Below, piece by piece: positions 1 through 13,000 of a stretch of DNA of 64,000 nt. Position numbers and translations under genes: made by a program. The notes under the pieces are model-generated. The model was given only the letters and a program-made list of their open reading frames with translations. It was not told the DNA's origin and searched no databases. Source of the DNA: Isurus oxyrinchus (taxonomy: Eukaryota); the NCBI GenBank assembly GCA_026770705.1, contig JANJGN010000007.1, positions 88,536,001 through 88,600,000 on the forward strand. Reading direction: 5' to 3'. Numbering within the stretch: the stretch's first letter is position 1; each line of letters opens with the position of its first letter.

Positions 1-250
1 ATTTCTGCTCATTCAGTGCTGGATGTCGAATAATTTAGCAAAAGTGGAGGAGTCGGGAGGAGTGGTGGTGAGGTAGAGCTGAGTGTCATCAGCGTATATG
101 TGAAAACTAACGCTGTGCTTTCGGAAGATGTCGCCAAGGTGCAGCATGTGGATGCAAAATAGGAGGAGGGCCATGGTTGTTGCAGGTGAGGTTGAAGGAG
201 ACAGGGAAGAGGGGTTTAAGAAGACTATTTGTAGTAGTGAAAAGAAGCTG
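1..250 (-). mobile_element. L2-type LINE RT fragment (approximate bounds)
   Basis: Reverse strand reads ...[24 protein letters not shown], a typical L2 RT motif. Confidence 0.7.
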
Positions 251-986
251 AAGCTTATTTTTGCATTCCAGGAGTTGGCCTCAATTTTTCAGCTTTAAAA
301 TACGTGTGTAAGGTTATAATGGTGCATGGAATCAAGCAGGCAATATGGACTGTGTTGTCAAGAAGATGCACTTGAGTTTAAGACACAGTCGCACAGTGCT
401 AACCAAGCATGGCGACCAACAAACAAAAATGGAATTTGAAGCCCTCCACCTAGCACCCAATGTCACCATTTCTCCAGCACACGTTAACTTATTTTACTTT
501 ACAGTTCCTGCACTCACTAGAATTCAGAGATTACTACCCTCTGATGTCCTTTACCCTAGCAAGTTTTTCTCTCACTTCTTAATTTATTCAAGCTGCTGTA
601 TTTTGATCGGTTACTTAGTTATTATTTTCTTTTCTGAACCTCAAGTATTTATGTTATCTTTGATGCTATTTTGCATCCCAAAAATATAACCTACTACATA
701 AATCTTTGTTATTTAGAGCTAAGGGATGGACTTTGAGAGATAGTTCCATAACGTTACTTAGAATCATAGAACAGTTACAGCATACAAGGAGGCAGTTCGG
801 TTCATCTTGTCCATGCCAGCACTCTAAGAGGAACTCAACTAGACCCACTCCCTGGCCTTTTTCTGTAGCTCTACATTTTTTTCTATTCACATAATTATCC
901 AATTTCCTTTTGAAAACCACAATTGAATTTGCCTCCACCACACTCTCAGCAGTGCATTCCAGATCCTAACCAGTCATTTTTGTTAT

Positions 987-1192
987 AAAAGCAAAGTACT
1001 GCGGATGCTATAAATCTGAAATAAGAACAGAAAATGCTGGAAAATTACTCCTCTTCAGAGCTAAAGAGCCCATCCATTAGCTCCCTTTAGCTCTGAAGAG
1101 GAATCATATGGACTCGAAATGTTAACTCTGTTTCTCTCTTTACAGATGCTGCCAGACCTGCTGATTTTTTTCAGCATTTTCTGTTTTTATTT
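987..1192. mobile_element. Fold-back Penelope-end element (head-to-head PLE termini) with hammerhead-like motif
   Basis: Inverted PLE ends; perfect 17-bp inverted repeat at 1050-1066/1085-1101; CTGAAGA...GACTCGAAATGTTAACT at about 1089-1137. Confidence 0.75.
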
Positions 1193-2944
1193 ACTCATTT
1201 TTTTTATTTGGTTCTTACTTGCCTTTGGTTCTTTCCCCATTGATCTTAAATTAGACCCCTTTGCTTCTCAACCCTTCTGCCAATAAAAGTTTCTTATCAA
1301 GTCTCTCTAGGCCCCTCATGATTTTGAACACCCCTATCAAATCTCCTGTCAACCTTCTCTTACCTAAGGAAAATAGCCCCACATAACTGAAGACCCTCAT
1401 CCCTAGAATCATTCCTGTAAATCTTTTCTGCATTGTCCCTAATGCCTTCACATCTTTCCTAAAGTGTATTGCCCAGAATTGGACACAGCACTCTGGTTCA
1501 GGCTGAACCATTGTTTCATAAATGTTCACCATAAGAACGTAAGAAGAACATAAGAACTAGGAGCAGGAGTAGGCAATTCAGCCCCACGAGCCTGCCCCGA
1601 CATTCCATACGATCATGACTGATCTCATTTCGGCCTCAACTCCAATTTCCCGCCCTCTCCCCAGAACCTTTCAACCCATTACTAATTAAAAACCTGTCTA
1701 TCTCCTCCTTAAATTTATTCAGCGTTCCGGCATCCACTGCACTCTGAGGTAGTGAATTCCACAGATTCACGACCCTTTGAGAAAAGTAATTCCTCCTCAT
1801 CTCCGATTTAAATCTACCATCCCTTAGCCTAAAATTATGGCCTCTCGTTCTAGAATGCCCCAGAAGGGGAAACGTCTGCTCCACATCTACTTTATTTATC
1901 CCCTTTAGCACCTTATATACCTCAATTAGATCTCCTCTCAGCCTTCTAAACTCCAGCGAGTATAGGCCTAAACTCAATCTCTCCTCATAAGACAAGCCCC
2001 ACATCTCTGGAATCAATCTAGTGAACCTCCTCTGAACCTCCTCCAGTGCAACTACATCCTTCCTCAAGTAAGGGGACCAAAACTATGCACAGTACTCCAG
2101 GTGCGGTCTCACCAATGCCTTGTACCATTACAACAACACTTCCCTATTTTTATACTCTATTCCTTTAGCAATAAATGCCAAGATTCCATTTGCCTTCCTT
2201 ATTACCTGCTGTACCTGCATACTAGCTTTAAGCGAATCATGCACGAGGACACCCAGATCCCTCTGCACTGAAGCATTCTGAAGTTTCTCTCCATTTAAGT
2301 AATAAGTCACCTTTTTATTCTTCCGACCAAAATGGATAACCTCGCACTTATTCACATTAAACTTCATCTGCCAAATTTTGGTCCATTCACCAAACCTGTC
2401 CATATCCATTTGTAAAGTTCTTATTTCTTCATTGCAACTCACTTTCCCACCTATTTTGGTGTCATCTGCAAATTTAGCTGTAGTACCTTCTATCCCTGAA
2501 TCTACGTCATTAATATAGATTGTAAATAGTTGGGGCCCAAGGACCGAACCCTGTGACACCCCACTAGTTACAGCTTGCCATCCAGAAAAAGACCCATTTG
2601 TCCCGACTCTCTGCTTTCTGTTGGTTAGCCAATCCTCTATCCAAGCTAATATATTACCCCTAACTCCATGTGATCTTATCTAGTGTATTAATCTTTTATG
2701 CGGCACCTTATCAAAGACCTTCTGGAAGTCCAGATATACTACATCTACAGGATCCCCATGATCCACTTTGCTTGTCACATCTTCAAAGAACTCTAGCAAA
2801 TTAGTCAAACACGATTTACTCTTCATAAAACCATGCTGACTCTGATGGATTGCATATTGACTTTCCAAATGCCCCATTACTACTTCCTTAATAATGGATT
2901 CCAACAATTTCCCAATAACAGGCGTTAAACTAACTGGTCTATAG

Positions 2945-3867
2945 GGACACCCTGGTCCGCTCCTCAAACCCTTCCCACGGCACCTTCCCATGCAACCGCA
3001 GAAGGTGCAACACCTGCCCCTTTACTTGCGCCCTCCTCACCGTCCAAGAGCCCAAACACTCCTTTCAAATGAAGCAGCATTTCACTTGCACTTCCCTCAA
3101 TTTAGTCTACTGCATTCGCTGCTCCCAATGTGGTTTCCTCTACATTGGAGAAACCAAACGCAGATTGGGTGACCGCTTTGCGGAACACCTTCGGTCTGTC
3201 TGCAAGCATGATCCAGATCTCCCTGTTGCTTGCCCTTTCAACACACCACCCTGCTCTCATGCCCATATGTCCGTCCTTGGCCTGCTGCAATGTTCCAGTG
3301 AAGCTGAATGCAAACTGGAGGAACAGCACCTCATCTTCCGACTAGGCACTTTACAGCCTTCTGGATTTAATATTGAGTTCAACAGCTTTAGATTATGAAC
3401 TATCTCCTCCTTCCCCACCCCCTTTCCGATCCCCCTTTTTCCAATAATTTATATATATTTTTCTTTTCCCACCTATTTCCATTATTTTTAAATAATCCAT
3501 TGTTTTATTTCTACCTTTTAGCCTATTTCGATTCCCCCCCCACCCCAACCCCACTAGTCCTATCTGTCCCTTGCTCGTCCTGCTTTCCATCCTTAATGTC
3601 CCCATTAGCACATTTCTTAGCTAATATCACCACTGTCAACACCTCTTTGTCCTTTTGTCTATGACATCTTTTGGCAATCTCCACCTATCACTGGCCCTCT
3701 ATCCAGCCCTACCTGTCCCAGCACCCCCCTTTAAACCAGCTTATATTTCACCTCTTTTCTATTTTTCCTTAGTTCTGATGAAGAGTCATTCAGACTTGAA
3801 ACGTTAACTGTGTTCCTCTCCACAGATGCTGTCAGACCTGCTGAATTTTTCCAGGTATTTTTGTTTT
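2945..3867 (+). mobile_element. 5'-truncated Penelope-like element (GIY-YIG C-terminus plus terminal repeat) inserted in CR1
   Basis: ORF 3069-3398 LVYCIRCSQCGFLYIGETKRRLGDRFAEH. 10-bp TSD TGGTCTATAG at 2935-2944 and 3868-3877 splits the CR1 NYRPVSLT motif. Confidence 0.92.
3771..3809 (+). ncRNA. Minimal type I hammerhead ribozyme motif in the PLE terminal repeat
   Basis: AGTT-CTGATGA-A-GAGTC-attca-GACTT-GAAA-CGTT-AACT: intact CUGAUGA and GAAA core, stem I AGTT/AACT, stem II, palindromic ACGT stem III. Confidence 0.75.
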
Positions 3868-6329
3868 TGGTCTATAGTTTCCTACTTTCTGTCTCCCCAC
3901 CTTTTTGAATAAGGGCGTTATATTAGCATTTTTCCAATCCAATGGAACTTTTCTAGAATCCAGGGAATTTTGGAATATTATAGCCAATGCATCCACTATC
4001 TCCGCTGCCACTTCCTTTAAGACCCTGGGATGTAGGTCCTGGGGACTTGTCATCCTTTAATACCAATAGTTTGCTCAGTACCTTTTCTCTAGTGATGGTG
4101 ATTGTTCCTCCTTCTCTATACCCTCTGCACTACCTGTTACTAATGGGGTGGTACTAGTGTCCTCCACCGTAAAAACTGAGGTAAAATATTGATTAAGCAA
4201 ATCTGCCATTTCTGCATTCCCCACTATTAACTCCCCAGTCTCGTCCTCCAAGTGACCAATGTTCACTTTAGCTACTCTCTTTCCTTTTATATACTTGTAG
4301 AAGCTTTTGCTATCAGTTTTTACATTTTGCGCTAGTTTTCTTTCATAATTTACCTTTATTATTTTTTAGTAACCCTTTGTTGATCTTTAAAAGTTTCCCA
4401 ATCTTCCAACCTGCCACTGACCTTTGCAATTTGGTGTGTCTTAGTTTTTGCCTTTATGTGATCTTTAACTTCCTTGCTTAGCCATGGATGCTTTTTCCCC
4501 CCTTACCATCTTTCTTCCTTTTTGGAATATATTTTACTTGGGAGGAATTGAATATCTCCTTAAATATCTGCCACTGTTCATCAACTGTCCTACTTTGTAG
4601 TCTTCCTGCCCAGTTCACTAGGGCTAAATCTGCCCTCATACCTATGTAGTTACCTTTGTTTAAATCCAGAACACTAATGTGGGACTCAAGTTTCTTGCTC
4701 TCAAACTGAACTTGAAATTCTATCATGCTATGATCACTCTTCCCTAGAGAATCCTTTACTGTGAGATTATTAATTAATCCCATCCCATTACAAAAATCCA
4801 AATCCTTAATAACTTCCTTGCTTTTGTACTCTGACTTTATTTATGAAGCCCAGAATCCCATATACCTAATTAAGCACTTTCTCAATCTGCTCTGCCACCT
4901 TCAAAGATTTGTGCACATATACCTGGTCATTTCACACTACTTTGCATTAAATTTCATCTGCCATGTCTGCCTATTCCACCACCCTGTCTCTGTCATCTTG
5001 AAGTCTATCACCATGCTCCTCACAGATAAAATGCTTCCAAGTTTTGTGTCATAAATTTTCAAATTCTGTCCTGTGCACCCAAATCTAGGTCATTGATATA
5101 TATCAGGAAAAGTGGTGGTCCTAATACCTAGGGAACCCAACTATATACCTTACTCCAATTGGAAAACCAATCATTCACTGTTATTCTCTGTTTCCTGTTA
5201 CTCAGCCACTTTGTATCTCTGCTGCAACTGATCCTTTTATTTCAAGGGCTTCAACTTTGCTGACAAGTTTGTCATGTGGCATTTTATCAAGTCCCTTTTG
5301 GAAATCCATGTATACCAGATCAACCACAATACCCTCATCAACCTTCTATATCATGTCATCAAAAAACTCAATAAAGCTAGTTAAACACAATTTGTCCTCA
5401 ACAAATCTGTTCGCTTTCTGTCATTTATCCACAACTGCCTAACTGTCTTAAGTTTGTCCCAAATTATCATTTGTAAAAGCTTTCCCACCATCAAGGTTAA
5501 ACTGAGTTGCCTATAATTGTTGGGTTTATCGCTATACCTTTTTTGATCAAGGGTGTAATGTTTGCAATTCTCCAGTCCTCTGACACCACCTCTGCATCTG
5601 AGGAGGATTGGCAGATTAAGGCCATTGCCTAAGCAATTTCCACCCTTACTTCCCTCAGTATCCTTGGATGTATCTGATCCAGTCCTGGTGACTTATCAAC
5701 TTTTATTCTGGCCAGTCTCTCTAATAATTCTTGTTTATTAATTTTTAGTCCATTCAGTGTCTCAACTACTACTCTTTTATGATGAGTTCTGCAGTAAACT
5801 CTTCCTTGGTAAAGACAGAGGCAAAGTACTCATTTAGTACTCCAGCCATGTCCTCAGCCTCCATGCATAAATTCCCTTTTTGGTTCCTAATCAACCCCTC
5901 CTCTTACTACTCATTTACTATTTACAAGCCTACAGACACTTGTTGATTCCCGTTTATGTTAGCTGTCAGTTTCTTATATTCCCTCTTTGCTTCTTTTATT
6001 TCTTTTTTCCGCTTCCTGTCTGAACTTTCTATATTCAGCCTGGTTTTCACTTGTATTGTCAACATCATCTATCATGCACACCCTTTTTATCTTCATCTTA
6101 TTCTCACTCTTTCTTTAATCAAGGGAGCTCTGGCTTTCTTTGTCCTATCTTTCCTCCTTGTGGAATTGTACCTTGACTGTTCCAGAATTAAATCCTCTTT
6201 AAAGACAGCCCATTGTTTCATTACAGCTTTGTCTGACGGTCTTTGATTTCAGTTTATCTGGGCCAGGTCCTTTCTCACCCCGTTGAAACTGGCCCTCATC
6301 CAATTAATTATTTTTACTCTGGATTGCTC

Positions 6330-8640
6330 TTGAGAGTAAAATAGCAAGAAATAAAAATACAGAAAATAAGAGCTCTACAAATATACAAAAAGGAAGAGAG
6401 TAGATAAAGTAAACAATGGTCTGTTAGAAAATGATACTAAGGAATTAATAATGGGAAACAAGGAAATGGCAGAGACTTTGAACAAGTATTTTGTATTTAT
6501 TTTCATGGGAGAAGACACTGAAAGCATCCCAATAATAGAAAATTAGGAGGCAAAAGGGAGGGAAGAACTTAAATCGGTCATTATCACTGGAGAAAATGTA
6601 CTCGGCAAACTAATGTAACTAGAGGCTAACAAGTCCTTTAGACCTGATGGCCTGCATCCTAGAGTCATAAAGGAAATGGCTGTAGAGATAGTGGGTTTTA
6701 ATCTTCCAAAATTCCCTAGATTCTGGAAATGTTCCAGAGGATTGGAAAATGCAGGTATATTGCCCCTATTCAAGAAAGGAGGGAGATAGAGAGCAGCAAA
6801 CTATAGGGCAGTTTGCCTTACATCTGTTATGGGAAAAATACTAGAATCTATTATTAAAGAGGCAGTTGCAGGACATTTAAAAAGTAATACAATCAAGCAG
6901 AGTCAACAGGGTTTTATGAAATGGAAATCGTGTTTGACAAGTTTGAAGATTCTTTGATAAAGCAGGGTAGATAAAGGTGAAATAGTAGATGTGTATTTTG
7001 ATTTTCAAATGATATTCGATAAGGTCTCACACAAAAGATGACTGCAGAAGATAAGAGTTCATGGTGTCAGGGAGAATAAATTAGCATGGACAGAGGATTG
7101 ACTAACAGAAAACAGAAGGAGATAGGATAAATGGATCATTTTCAGGTTGGCATACTGTAACTAGTGGGGTGCCACAGGGATTAGTGCTAGGGCATCAACT
7201 ATTTATAATCTATATCAATGACTTGAATGAAAGTGTTGACTATATTGTAGCCAAATTTGCTGATGGTACAAAGACAGGTGGAAAAGCAAGTTGTGAGGAG
7301 GACATAAAGGCACGGATTTCAGCCATGGCGGAGAGGCTCTCCGTCGTGGCGAAAATCCCCGAAATGGCAGTAAATTTTGAGTCCCGCCTTTGAACCCAGC
7401 ATTTCCTATCCTCATGGGAGCAGGGCCCGAGTTGGGCCAAGGTTCACGCATGCGCGATTTGCGGAGGCAGCTGGCCGTTTAAATCACCAACTACCTCCAC
7501 TGAAGTGGGATTTTGGAAGAACAGGAGTGTGGAATCCTGAGTGTGCAGATTAGAACAAGTAAAAGGAGGTCTGAACTTGGTGGAAGTGTTTGGATAACCA
7601 GGGTAGCCCTTTGGGAGAGGTAAGGCACCCTTTAGGATTGTTAAAAGTGAACATGATTAGCACTTTTTGTGCACAAAATTGTTGGAATTGTCAAGCAGTC
7701 AAAGAGCTGTCCAGCTGTCAAGGAACTATCCAGCTGTCAAGGAAATATTAAGGAGCTGTCCAGCTGTCAAAGCTGTCAGACCTATCCAGGAAGTGTCAAG
7801 GCTTTCAGAGCTATCCAGGAAGTGTCAAAACTATCAAGGAACTGCCCAACAATACTAGGATACTAGGCGAGTTGGCATGGAGGGGGTAAGGGCAAAAGGT
7901 GGTGGGTGGGAGGGGCATGGATTGGTATGAGTTGGCACTAAGTTGCCATTGGGGTACGGGGCTATGGGGGGTGGGTGGGAGAACATGGGTTGACATGGAG
8001 GTATGGAGGCCATGGGGATTGGGTGGGGGGCATGGCCTTGCACCCAGCCCGCTTCCGCACCTGTGTGGGCATTCATTTCCGATTGCCCACCCTGACTCCT
8101 GTTGCAGCTCCCTCACCCCCTGACCAAATATCCAACCTGCGGGCGGATGTTTTTAAAAGTTGGGTTCGCCAAGCTGGGAGATCTCCTGATTCTGCGAACC
8201 CGACCCCAAGACGAATATCTAGGCCAAAGAGTCTGCTAAGGGATATTGATAGGTTCAATGAATGGCAAAAATTTAGCAAATGAACTGTAACATTTATCCT
8301 CTTTGGTAGGAGGAATACAAGAGCAAGATATATAAATAGAGAGAGACCACAGAACATTGCGGTGGAGAGGGTTCTGAAGGTCCTTGTACTTGAAACGCAA
8401 AATGTTAGCGTTCAGGTGCAGCAAACAACTAGGTCAGTAAATGGAATGCTGCCGTTTATTACAATGGGAATGAATATAAAAGTAGGGAAGGTGGATTCTG
8501 AGGAGACTTGACAGGGTAAATGCTGTTAGACAGCATGGCTTCTGAATGAGGGGCTGCCTATTTAAGATACCCCCTCAACAGAAGGAATTTCTTATCTCAG
8601 TGGGTAGTGAATATGGAATTCTCTATCCCCGAGAACTGAG
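6330..8640 (+). mobile_element. Degraded CR1 LINE ORF2 (approximate bounds), interrupted by a Harbinger MITE
   Basis: PQGLVLGHQLFIIYINDL..KFADGTK; frame EEDIK|SLLRDIDR resumes after the insertion. Confidence 0.85.
7309..8225. mobile_element. PIF/Harbinger-like non-autonomous element
   Basis: Imperfect TIRs GGCACGGATTTC / GAATATCTAGGCC; 3-bp TSD AAA; internal about 19-bp repeat (AGGAGCTGTCCAGCTGTCA) at about 7700-7850. Confidence 0.75.
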
Positions 8641-8649
8641 GGCTGAGTC

Positions 8650-11600
8650 CTTGTTAGCAAATTTGGATACATTATTCTTGGCCTCCCTCTAAGTCAATAA
8701 TATAAATTGTAAATAGCTGAACCCTCAGCACTGATCCTTGCGGCACTTCATTAACTACAGCCTGCAAACTTGTCCAATTTATCCTTACTTCTGCTTCCTG
8801 TCCAATAACCATTCCTCCATCCATGCTAATATATTAATACCAACTCTGTAAGCTTTATCTTACGTATTAATCTTTTAAGTGGCACTTTTTGGAAATCCAA
8901 GCTTACTATAGCTACTGGTTCCACTTTATCTACCCTACTTGTTGCACCCTTGAAAAGCTCTAATAACTTTGTCAAACACGATTTCTCTTTTGTAAAACCA
9001 TATTGACTTTGTCTAATTGTGCTATGTTTTTCTATGTGCATAGTTAAAACTTCCTTAGTAATACTGTAGATTCCAGCATTTTTCCAACAACTGATGTCAG
9101 GCTAACTGGCCTGTAGTTCCTGTCTTTTCTCTCTCTCTCTCCTTTCTTGAACAGCAGAATTACACTTGTTAACTTTCAATCCCTGGGACCATTCTTGAAT
9201 CTAGAGAATTTTGGAAAATCATAACCAATGCATCCAACTATCTCTGCCATTCTCTTATAGAACCCTAGGATGTAGGCCATCAGGTCCCAGGGATTTGTTA
9301 GCTTTTGGTCCCTTAAGTTTCTCCAGCACTTTTTCTCTGCTTATATTAATTACTTTGATTTCTTTTTTAGCCCCTTGCTTACCCTTTATTTCTAATAAGT
9401 AATTTGTGTCTTCAACTTTGAAGACAGCCACAGATTTTTTGTTCAATGCCTCTGCTGTTTTGTCATTCCCCGTGATACTTTCTCTTGTTTCTGCTTCTAA
9501 TGTTAGCTACTCTTCTCTTGTTTATATACTTGTAGAAGCTCTTACAGTCTGTTTTTATATTCCTGGCTTGTTTACCCTCACATTCTATTTCCTGATCTTC
9601 TGAGCCGCGATCCTTCCTCACTAATCTCACTAAGGAAAGTGGAATTGAGGCCAAGATCAGGCCAATCATGATCCTATTGAGTGGCCACATAGCCAACTCC
9701 TATGTTCTTGTCCTTTTTCCAGAGCTAAGCTATATCTTATGAAACAATGATCACTAGCCCTTAAATTTTCTGCTGCTGACACCTGATCCCCTTGACCCGC
9801 ATCATTTCCCAGAACCAACTGCAGCAAAGCTTCCTTCCTCGTTGGTCTAGAAACATGCTGATCTAGAAAATTCTCCTAAATACACCAGAAGCTGCCCTTT
9901 ATATAATTGCTATCCCAGTGTACATTAGGATAATTAATGCCCCACATTACAACTACTCTTTGTTTTTGTACCTCTGTAATTTCCTCGCAAGTTTGTTCCT
10001 TTATATATTTCCAAATAGTTGATGGCCTATAGACTACAGCCACTAGTATAATGCTATCTGTTGTTTCTTGGCTCTAACCAAATAGATTCTGTCCTTGGTC
10101 CCACCAGGACACCTGCTCTCTGCAGCACTGTAACATTATCATGGTTCAATCTAACCACCCCATCTCTTTCCTTTCCTTCCCTATCCTTCCTGAACAGCTT
10201 TCATCCCAGAAATATTTAGTACCAAGTCCTGCCCTTGAGCCAGGCCTTCATCACTGCAACAAAATCACATTCCCACCTAGTTCTTTGTGCCTGCAGCTCA
10301 CTAACCTTATTTACCACATTCACATGCACGCACTGTAAACCTAATTTAGACTTTATGGGACTGAACTTCTGTGGAGTGACAATAAGAGTCGGATTGCCAC
10401 TCTGCTCCTATGTTTTTACTTTAAAATTCTTTCGATCCTTTCTCTCCCGACCTTCCAACTCAGGCAGGGTGAGAACTGTGCAGGGTGGTGCGTTACCGGA
10501 GCCTTCTGTAGAGCGCTGCAGAATTGGAGGGAAGGAGGCTAAGCCCCTTTTTTAGCTGCCATAACCCAGGTAGGTTTAAAGGTCCAGCCAGTGAGAAGGT
10601 AGGTTTGTCAGGTAAGTAGTTACAATTGGGAGGTGAGGGGGAGCATGGACAGTCGTGGGAGGGGGGCCAGACCGGTGGTGGGGGAGGGTTGGGCAGTTGC
10701 GGGGGGGCTGGAGGTTGGGTCTGGGGCAGGGGTTGGAGGAAGTCTTGTGGGGTCAGGTGGGCAGGGTGGGGGGGGGGGTGTGATCTGTGTCCCCTGAGGA
10801 TTTGGGTGTTGGCGGGAGTAGTCTCATGGAGGTCGGGGAGCTGGGGGACTCGTGAGGGGGATAGTGAGGGGGTGATGTGGGGGATTCCCATGGTGGAGGG
10901 GAGGTAGTTAGGGGTGTGGGAGAGTCCTGTGGAGAGGGGGGTGGGGTAGGCTGGGTGATGGGGGAGTCCTGTGGAAGGAGGTGTGAGGCAGATGGAGGGA
11001 GTTTCCTAATGTTTTGGGGTGGTGGGGGTCAGTGTGGATCTGTATAATTGTTACTCAGAAGCTAGAAGTGCTTTTAACTCTTCTAACTTCTTCTGGGTAG
11101 CTATTACTGTAAGACAGTAGGAACCATCCAAAGTTTAGGATTTATATCATACTTTTGGATGGTTCCCAGTGCAAGGCAATTGCCCATCGGAAGTTTCCCA
11201 GGCAATTGCTGTGCAAACCTTATCTGGGAATTTCCAGAGGTGGTTCCCCAGTGCATCTTTGGGATACCCCCCCAGAAACACTGCCCTGGAGCTTGGAAGC
11301 TACAGCTCTAAGCATTCCATCTTACTCTTACCTCACTTAAGACTTAATTATTTATTACTCTAGTGCTGTCTATCACTCCTATTTTTTTTTTTTGCACCTT
11401 GCTTTTCCTCTAACATTATATCCTGATTCTCATCCCTCTGCCGAGTTTGCTTAAAACCTCTCCAATAGCAGTAGCAAACTGCCCCCATGAGTATTCATTC
11501 TTGCTCTGTTCAAGTACAACCTAGCCGCTGTGCAGAGATCCAATTTTTTTTTCACGAGAACTGCTTCCGATGTCCCAGGAATCTAAAGACTGCCCTCCTG

Positions 11601-11910
11601 CACCATCTCCCCAGTCATGCACTTATCTGCTCTATCCTCCTATTTCTATACTCACTAGTATGTGGCACCAGAAGTAATCCAGAGATTACTACCCTTGAGA
11701 TGCTGCTTGCCAGTTTCTTTCCTAACTCCCTAAAATCTACCTGCTGGACCCTAGTGCTTCTTTGTACCTATCTCACTGGTATTGAGGTAAACCATGACCA
11801 CTGGTTGTTCACCTTTTCCACTCAGTACTCTACAGCTGCTCAGTGACATCCTTTATTTTGTCACAGGGAGGCAACATACCATCCTGGACTCTCATCTGCA
11901 GAAATGCCTG
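8650..11910 (-). mobile_element. Degraded CR1 LINE fragments including ORF2 and ORF1 esterase-like region (approximate bounds)
   Basis: KSLGPDGLHPRVL and QYGFTKEKSCLT peptides; reverse strand near 11650-11700 reads VVISGLL.VP, typical of CR1 ORF1 esterase. Confidence 0.75.
10357..11286. mobile_element. Harbinger-like MITE with G-rich interior
   Basis: Loose TIRs GGGACTGAACTTCTG / CAGAAACACTGCCC interrupting the CR1. Confidence 0.5.
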
Positions 11911-11996
11911 TCTGTTCATTAGGACTGTAAAATTCTCAAGCAGCTAGATGAGCTTGGCAATCATTTTGTGGCTGTGCAAGCATTGGTGTACTCTAA

Positions 11997-12787
11997 AATA
12001 AAGCAAAATGCTGCAGATGCTGGAAATCTGAAACAAAAACAAAAATAGCTGGAAAAACTCAGCAGTCTGACAGCATCTGTGGTCTCCTTTACATTGGAGA
12101 GACCAAATGCAGACTGGGTGACCGTTTTGCGGAACACCTTCGGTCTGTCTGCAAGCATTACCCAGACCTCCCTGTTGCTTGCCATTTCAACACACCACCC
12201 TGCTCTCATGCCCACATGTCCCTCCTTGGCCTGCTGCAATGTTCCAGTGAAGCTCAACGCAAACTGGAGGAACAGCACCTCATCATCCGACTAGGCACTT
12301 TACAGCCTTCCAGACTTAATATTGAGTTCAACAACTTCAGATCCTGAACTCTCTCCTCCATCCCCACCCCCTTTCCGATCCCCCTTTCTCCAATAATTTT
12401 TTAAAAAAGTATATTTTTTCTTCTCCCACCTATTTTAAAATCCACCTTTTAGCCCATTTTGATCCCTTCCCCCCCACCCCACCCCCACTAAGGCCATCTG
12501 CCACTTGCTTGTCCTGCTTGCTACCCTTAATGTCGCCATTAGCACATTCCTTTGATAATATCACCACTGTCAACACCCCTTTGTCCTTTTGTCTATGACA
12601 TCTTTAGCAATCTCTTCTTTGCCCCCACCTATCCAGCTCTGCCTGTCCCACCCCCCTCTACCAGTTTATGTTTCACCTCATTTCTCTATTTCCTTAGTCC
12701 TGATGAGTCATTTGGACTCGAAATGTCAACTGTGTTCCTCTCTGCAGATGCTGTCAGACCTGCTGAGTTTTTCTATTTTTGTTTTTG
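11997..12787 (+). mobile_element. Penelope-like element with an inverted terminal copy at its 5' end
   Basis: Inverted end at 11997-12080, GIY-YIG fragment, hammerhead-like CTGATGAGTC..GACTCGAAATGTCAACT at about 12696-12731; 14-bp TSD TTGGT(G/A)TACTCTAA at 11983-11996 and 12788-12801. Confidence 0.88.
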
Positions 12788-13000
12788 TTGGTATACTCTA
12801 ATGTGGTCCTGTACAACAATAGGAACAAGTTGCATGTATATAACACTTTTAATGTAGAAAAACAGGCAAAATCAAAAGAATGGCACCAGACCATAGAAGA
12901 AAGTATTCAAAGGGATGACCAAAGACCAAAGTCCAAGTTAGGAAAGCAAAAGCAAGGGGAAAATAAGACTAAAACTGAAAGCTGCAAAGAGAAAAGGAAA

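Larger units (their letters stand above)
760..6330 (-). mobile_element. Nested CR1 LINEs: an older CR1 (about 760-1535 and 4810-6330) interrupted by a younger CR1 (about 1536-4810)
   Basis: ORF fragments QGSVLGPQLFTIYIND..KFADDTK, YRPVSLTPVIGK..YLDFQKVFDKVPH and LEEVQRRFTRLIP; ATAAGAAC-type tail repeats at 1531-1560. Confidence 0.9.
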
